Positions 1 through 3,865 of a DNA stretch of 5,940 bases are shown in pieces. Positions within the stretch are counted from its first letter, which is position 1, and every line of letters starts with the position of its first letter. The stretch covers positions 1 through 5,940 of the forward strand of contig JALVPN010000222.1 in assembly GCA_027031765.1 (NCBI GenBank), given 5' to 3'. A program made the position numbers and the translations under genes. The DNA is from Promethearchaeota archaeon. Its GTDB lineage: Archaea > Asgardarchaeota > Thorarchaeia > Thorarchaeales > Thorarchaeaceae. The notes under the pieces are model-generated. The model had not been told where the DNA came from. It saw only the letters and a program-made list of their open reading frames with translations, and ran no database searches.

Positions 1-1609
1 CTTTGAGCAGGCGCTCCATGTTGTCGCCAAAGGTGTTGAGGTAGTTGGCCAGTGCATCAGGCTGGCCGTACTTGGCGGAGTTCAGGATGTCGAGCAGGTG
101 GTAGCTGTCGAAGAAGTCGATGAATGCCAGTGCGAGGGCACCGAATGGGTTCGTCTGGGCCAGGTCTGTGTCAACATAGCTGAGGTACGTCTCGATGTCG
201 AGGCCCATGCGTGCCATGATGTCTGAGAGGAGGTCAAGGTTCATGCTCGCCTCCGGCATCTCGGGCAGGTCGCCCTCGTCAAGGCCGCGCAGCATGTCGT
301 CGTAGTCGACCAGGTAGGGGACACCACCGCCCCACAGCTGGTCAATCAGCTGGTCCAACTTGGTGAAGTCAGGTGCTGTTAGACTGTTGGAGAACTGCAG
401 TGCAAAGTACCGCGGCATCTGGGACAGGACTGTCCGGATAACATCAGATACTGGCGTACCTTCCGGAATCGTGCCGGTCGGCAGGTTGATGTCATCTGGA
501 ATCGCATATGCATCATCGATGGCGGTCCACGTGACAGGGATACCCGACATTGACAGGTGTGCGGGTGCAACACCACCAATGAACGTGATGCTGGCAATGC
601 TGTCGTCGTCCGCCATCTTGTTCTTGATGTTCCCGGTGTAGCCCACGTGCTGCTTGATGGAGTAGGTCTCGTCACCTTCCACTGGAGTGACATAGCCCGG
701 GACACCGAAGTAGACGTACGCAGTCACCATGGACTGGACGGTCTCGTTGTAGCCGAGGGCCGGGTCAGCCCTCATGTACGGGTGACTACGGATGGCACCA
801 ATTATCGGGTCAGATATGGGGGGTCTAGAGTGGTCGTAGCCTTCTGCGTAGTGGGAAGGTACGTAGACCTCGCTGAAGCGGGTCATCTCCTTTGGCCAGT
901 CGCTGCCTGAGCAGAGTGACATTATGCCACCAAGGTCGGAAAACCTTGAGAGCATCGTGTCCACTGCAGTGTCGCTCTCTGAGAGTGACAGCAGGGCCAC
1001 GTATGTAACAGAGTACTGAGTACCCTTCACCGAAACAAACTTGGGCGGGTTTGAGTAGTAGAAGTGCAGTGGTTGGCCAACTGCAAGGAACCTGTCAAAG
1101 TCGACACTGAGAGATGTCTGATAGACCGACATGACCTCGTCAGCCAAGGTAATCGCATCTGAGAGTGACAGGTTGGTCAAGTGGATGTCCGACTCTGCTG
1201 CATCGACCAGCAGGACCGGGGTGACCGTCAGTTGAAGGCTGACCATTGGGCCACCGACAACACCGTTGGGGAACTCCGTCAGGCCTGTTACGACCAGTTC
1301 TGCATAGGATACATATCCGTCCTCATTCTCCATCTGGTCCTCAATCACACCTTGTAGGTCTTCGGTGTACCTGGTCATACCATAGTGTGTCGCATTGAGG
1401 GTGGAGTAGAGGATGTTCGAAACGCCGCCCCAGAGGTCAACGACCGACAGCATCCCTTCAATAGCGCCCACGGGGGGGACACCATTCGCGGGTTCTGGTG
1501 TCGACTGTGGAGCAAGGGGCGTGCCAGTGATTCGGTTTGCTGAACTCGCCGGCAGCAGAAGGACTGCGGCCAAAAAGACAGCAAAGATCACGCCTTTTCT
1601 CCTGTTCAT
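1..1609 (-). CDS. Large secreted/surface protein of unknown family, 3'-truncated by the window edge (at least 536 aa)
   Basis: Hand translation from ATG at 1609 gives 536 codons with no stop down to position 2: MNRRKGVIFAVFLAAVLLLPASSANRITGTPLAPQSTPEP...DALANYLNTFGDNMERLLK. It has an N-terminal signal peptide, a Pro/Thr linker, an acidic mature region, N-glycosylation sequons (NAT, NLS, NET), GC-skewed third positions, and an upstream GAGGA and BRE/TATA. Function not recognised. Confidence 0.9.
   Translation of the reverse strand, partial: MNRRKGVIFAVFLAAVLLLPASSANRITGTPLAPQSTPEPANGVPPVGAIEGMLSVVDLWGGVSNILYSTLNATHYGMTRYTEDLQGVIEDQMENEDGYVSYAELVVTGLTEFPNGVVGGPMVSLQLTVTPVLLVDAAESDIHLTNLSLSDAITLADEVMSVYQTSLSVDFDRFLAVGQPLHFYYSNPPKFVSVKGTQYSVTYVALLSLSESDTAVDTMLSRFSDLGGIMSLCSGSDWPKEMTRFSEVYVPSHYAEGYDHSRPPISDPIIGAIRSHPYMRADPALGYNETVQSMVTAYVYFGVPGYVTPVEGDETYSIKQHVGYTGNIKNKMADDDSIASITFIGGVAPAHLSMSGIPVTWTAIDDAYAIPDDINLPTGTIPEGTPVSDVIRTVLSQMPRYFALQFSNSLTAPDFTKLDQLIDQLWGGGVPYLVDYDDMLRGLDEGDLPEMPEASMNLDLLSDIMARMGLDIETYLSYVDTDLAQTNPFGALALAFIDFFDSYHLLDILNSAKYGQPDALANYLNTFGDNMERLLK
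978..991. repeat. 14-bp exact direct repeat, copy 2 (TCTGAGAGTGACAG), within the secreted-protein CDS
   Basis: Identical to 1158..1171, exactly 180 bp (60 codons) away; encodes LSLS(E). Confidence 0.85.
1158..1171. repeat. 14-bp exact direct repeat, copy 1 (TCTGAGAGTGACAG)
   Basis: Identical to 978..991; encodes LSLS(D) in the same reading frame. Confidence 0.85.
1538..1609 (-). other. Signal peptide (about 24 aa) of the secreted protein
   Basis: Basic n-region MNRRK, hydrophobic h-region GVIFAVFLAAVLLL, small-residue c-region PASSA|N. Confidence 0.8.
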
Positions 1610-1617
1610 CTTTATGT

Positions 1618-1622
1618 TCCTC
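1618..1622 (-). promoter_or_regulatory. Putative Shine-Dalgarno site for the secreted protein
   Basis: Minus strand GAGGA, 8 nt upstream of ATG 1609 (AAAGAGGAACATAAAGATG). Confidence 0.55.
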
Positions 1623-1624
1623 TT

Positions 1625-1666
1625 TCACACGTCGTCCGTCTGAACAATTGCGCTCAGAAGGAGCAT
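1625..1666 (-). CDS. Candidate leaderless upstream ORF, 13 aa (MLLLSAIVQTDDV*), in frame with the secreted protein
   Basis: ATG 1666 lies 23 nt downstream of the last base of the TATA-like box, where an archaeal TSS is expected. It ends at TGA 1627-1625, five codons before ATG 1609. No homology evidence. Confidence 0.35.
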   Translation of the reverse strand: MLLLSAIVQTDDV

Positions 1667-1688
1667 CACTCTTTCTCCGCGCTGTACG

Positions 1689-1703
1689 TTTATGAAGTTT
1701 TGT
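1689..1703 (-). promoter_or_regulatory. Archaeal-type BRE + TATA promoter for the secreted protein
   Basis: Minus strand ACAAAAC-TTCATAAA: an A-rich BRE followed by a TATA-like octamer. It is a conspicuously AT-rich patch in a GC-rich intergenic region. Confidence 0.65.
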
Positions 1704-1841
1704 AGAGGGGACACGAAGACCACACGGAGAGAATTTGGACGGCCCTACAGAGACCACCACGTGGGACTGGGCAGGTCATCGGGTGGCTTGGGGTACGGTG
1801 ATGGCGGTGGTCAGGGACATGTCGCTGGCCGCCGATGAGGG

Positions 1842-1864
1842 GCTGGAGCCGTACTGTGTCCAGC
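1842..1864 (-). terminator. Hairpin just after the membrane-protein stop codon (possible 3'-end element)
   Basis: GCTGGA-N11-TCCAGC, a perfect 6-bp stem starting 2 nt after TGA. No U-tract follows, so the terminator role is uncertain. Confidence 0.3.
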
Positions 1865-1866
1865 TG

Positions 1867-3198
1867 TCACTCCCAGTCGTCATCGGCTGCTCCCGGCCCC
1901 TGTCCTTCGTCGTCACTGTCCGGAAAGTCGGGTGCCCCTCCGGAAGGCCCACCGCCCTCATCATGGTCCAGTCCACCCTCTGGTGGTTCTTGGGCCTCTG
2001 GCGTAGCATCAGGGGGCAGACCGGCCGCGGGTGGTGTTTCATCAGGCCCCTCCGGCAGGGGCTGCTCCTCTCCGGGTACGACGCCCTCTGGGACTGCCCC
2101 CTCCCGCTCTGCGGCCCTGCGGAGGTACACCACGTAGATGCCCTCCATCACCATCGCGATGAACGGGAAGATGAAGAGCTTGATGAGGTCTGGCAGGCTA
2201 CCACCAAGGGTGGAGTTACGGAACAGTATTGGGAACATGGAGTCGGCAAAGTAATAGCCGGATGCAAGGAAGTAGGTGAAGGCAGCAGCGAGTTCCTTTG
2301 AGATCCTGGGTGACTCCTCAGTGTCGGCCGGGCCGGCGAGGGTCGTGCCGATGGAGCTCATTGTATACAGTAGGAAGAACAGGGAGACCGAGATGCCAAT
2401 CCAGTCAATCCCTGCGCTGGCGCCCTGGCCGGCGTTGTATATGAAGTAGGCAGAGTAGAGCGAGATGAAGAGGCCCAGCAGGGCGAGGTTGACCACGGCC
2501 GGACGGTCCTTGTGAGCAGCCATCACAACTCCATTGAACAGGTTGAAGACTATGACGAGGAGGAGGCCGACCAGCATCAGGCCGAACACACCCGGTGCCT
2601 CGACGAACAGGGGTGTATCACCGGCCATGGCACGTTGGAGGATGGCGGCATAGATGAATGCACCGACAACAACGACGTAGCAGAGGACGTTCGTGACGGC
2701 CACCAGCACCTTCGTGAGGGTGGACACCTCCGACACATGCACTGAGGCAGCGTACCGGAGGCTGGTGCGCGTGCTGAAGTAGGCCTGGAAACCAATCCAG
2801 CCGATGAATGCGACGCCGAATATCATTGTCTGGATGACGAAGACTGCAAACAGTGCCAGGAAGACGAGGGCAACGAAGCTGATGAGCAGCCATGGGATGA
2901 GGAGCGCAGCAGAACGGGCGTAGGACTCCTCATCAGCGACCAGTCGCTGTAACCCGATGAGTGAGAGGAACATAGTTATCATGAAAAAGATGGGCCAGAT
3001 GCCCCCGCCGATGACCGCCACCACCAACACGAGGGGTTCTGTGGCCGGGTTCTGCTCGACCAGCCACAAGCCGCCCCGGCCAATGATTTGCATGATGAGC
3101 ACACCTAGCACCAACACGAACGTGAGCCACCGGAGTCTCCTGGACTCCCAGAACAGTCTGAGGCCCCGTAGGAAGTTCGTAAGGACAGGGATATCCAT
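1867..3198 (-). CDS. Uncharacterised polytopic membrane protein (about 10 TM helices, 443 aa) with an acidic Pro/Gly-rich disordered C-terminal tail
   Basis: ORF track 1867..3207. ATG 3198 (MDIPVLTNF) is preferred over GTG 3207, which is possible. About ten hydrophobic segments of 19-25 aa. Basic residues before TM1 (RRLRW) and after the last TM (RR) suggest N-in/C-in. No family motif recognised. Confidence 0.88.
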   Translation of the reverse strand: MDIPVLTNFLRGLRLFWESRRLRWLTFVLVLGVLIMQIIGRGGLWLVEQNPATEPLVLVVAVIGGGIWPIFFMITMFLSLIGLQRLVADEESYARSAALLIPWLLISFVALVFLALFAVFVIQTMIFGVAFIGWIGFQAYFSTRTSLRYAASVHVSEVSTLTKVLVAVTNVLCYVVVVGAFIYAAILQRAMAGDTPLFVEAPGVFGLMLVGLLLVIVFNLFNGVVMAAHKDRPAVVNLALLGLFISLYSAYFIYNAGQGASAGIDWIGISVSLFFLLYTMSSIGTTLAGPADTEESPRISKELAAAFTYFLASGYYFADSMFPILFRNSTLGGSLPDLIKLFIFPFIAMVMEGIYVVYLRRAAEREGAVPEGVVPGEEQPLPEGPDETPPAAGLPPDATPEAQEPPEGGLDHDEGGGPSGGAPDFPDSDDEGQGPGAADDDWE

Positions 3199-3235
3199 CT
3201 CTCTCACTCAGCTACCATGCGAATACTCTGTCCAC

Positions 3236-3252
3236 ATACGGCAAGCCCGTAT
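3236..3252. terminator. Inverted repeat directly after the thioredoxin stop codon
   Basis: ATACGG-N5-CCGTAT, a perfect 6-bp stem starting immediately after TAA. It could be a 3'-end hairpin or an operator for the downstream gene. Confidence 0.4.
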
Positions 3253-3726
3253 TTATCCTTTGAGGAGATGGAGTATCTCGGCCTCAAGGGTCGGCATGAC
3301 GGCTGGCCGCTCGACTATTGTGCCGAGTCTGTTGCCCTGCCGGTCAAACAGTACAATCCACGGGATCCGTGTGACGCCCCAGTCTTCCATCTCGGGTGGT
3401 GACGGGGGGACCTTCCACTGGTGGTCAGGGTCCAGTGGGGCGGTCTTTACGTTGCCGAACACGCGGACTTCAATGCCGAGGGTTTCCTCGAGGTGACGGA
3501 GCACGGGCACTGCGTTCCTGCAGTCCTTGCACCACTTTGCGCTGATGACCACGACAACGATGTCATCAGCCAGTGGTCTGAGCTCTTCGACAGTGGCCGG
3601 GTCCAACCGGTACTGCCGGTAGGCCTCACGGAACATGTCTCCCTCTTTTCCGTCCATCGACTCAACATACTCCGTCGCACTGACAGTACGTTCACGGATA
3701 TCATCGAGGTCTGTCATGGTAGGCAT
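3253..3726 (-). CDS. Thioredoxin-fold thiol-disulfide oxidoreductase (Thioredoxin_9-like), probably cytoplasmic
   Basis: Hydrophobic strand VVVVVIS, then the WCKDC active site (3520..3534) followed by a helix; cis-Pro-loop-like TRIPWIVLFD; GTIVERP C-terminal motif; N-terminal helical extension; no signal peptide. The start may be ATG 3726 or ATG 3717. Confidence 0.92.
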   Translation of the reverse strand: MPTMTDLDDIRERTVSATEYVESMDGKEGDMFREAYRQYRLDPATVEELRPLADDIVVVVISAKWCKDCRNAVPVLRHLEETLGIEVRVFGNVKTAPLDPDHQWKVPPSPPEMEDWGVTRIPWIVLFDRQGNRLGTIVERPAVMPTLEAEILHLLKG

Positions 3727-3734
3727 CAGTCGTG

Positions 3735-3740
3735 CTCCTC
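3735..3740 (-). promoter_or_regulatory. Shine-Dalgarno site for thioredoxin ATG 3726
   Basis: GAGGAG with an 8-nt spacer to the ATG. Confidence 0.6.
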
Positions 3741-3741
3741 A

Positions 3742-3756
3742 TTTGAAAAATCCTTG
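3742..3756 (-). promoter_or_regulatory. Putative BRE + TATA promoter upstream of the thioredoxin gene
   Basis: Minus strand CAAGGA-TTTTTCAAA, similar in layout to the 1689..1703 element; an AT-rich patch in a GC-rich intergenic region. Confidence 0.5.
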
Positions 3757-3768
3757 CAAGTGAACATT

Positions 3769-3792
3769 GTCACCGGGGCCCTGGCCGGTGAC
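3769..3792. repeat. Perfect 8-bp inverted repeat with 8-nt spacer (candidate operator or RNA hairpin)
   Basis: GTCACCGG-ggccctgg-CCGGTGAC, about 12 nt upstream of the putative BRE. Confidence 0.6.
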
Positions 3793-3845
3793 CGACCCGA
3801 CTACAGGCCGCCCACTTGGCATGCTCAGACTGTCAGCCATAGCGG

Positions 3846-3865
3846 TAAACAGACCACCCTGTTCA
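3846..3865 (-). terminator. Hairpin that includes the permease stop codon
   Basis: Minus strand TGAACAG-GGTGGT-CTGTTTA: a 7-bp stem with one G-U pair, whose 5' arm begins with the TGA stop. Confidence 0.3.

Noticed and set aside
1472-1478. G7 homopolymer (and G6 at 818..823) as phase-variation tracts
   Set aside because: Runs this short are expected by chance at this GC content, and the frame is intact.
1654-1670. Box C/D-like pair GTGATGC...CTGA over the uORF start (possible L7Ae K-turn)
   Set aside because: The flanks cannot form the canonical stem (G opposite G), the order is wrong for a K-loop, and the predicted TSS leaves no 5' strand.
1717-1812. Recurring AGACCAC(C) (1717, 1751, 3851) and a GACCACC/GGTGGTC long-range stem (1752..1812)
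   Set aside because: The same word occurs in coding Val-Val codons (4942, 5319), and a 7-bp stem with a 47-nt loop is weak.
1740-1869. Selenocysteine recoding or a SECIS after the UGA stops (1867, 3863, 1625)
   Set aside because: No AUGA/AA/GA SECIS-like arrangement is visible. Readthrough of the two gene-terminal UGAs gives no recognisable domain or fusion, and none sits in a redox motif.
1776-2042. 88-aa minus-strand ORF overlapping the membrane-protein tail and running into the intergenic region
   Set aside because: It is an alternate frame of a low-complexity tail, with no SD and no slippery site seen to suggest programmed frameshifting.
2140-2770. Rhodopsin-like hints in the membrane protein (LRYAAS, PDLIK)
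   Set aside because: The retinal-binding helix needs DxxxK and this is DxxK; RYxDW is absent; the TM number and spacing do not fit.
1867-3198. Membrane protein as a DsbD/CcdA electron relay for the thioredoxin
   Set aside because: It has only one Cys, whereas those relays need a conserved Cys pair.
3204-3218. Mini-ORF MVAE* upstream of the membrane protein
   Set aside because: Four codons, out of frame, with no supporting SD or promoter spacing.
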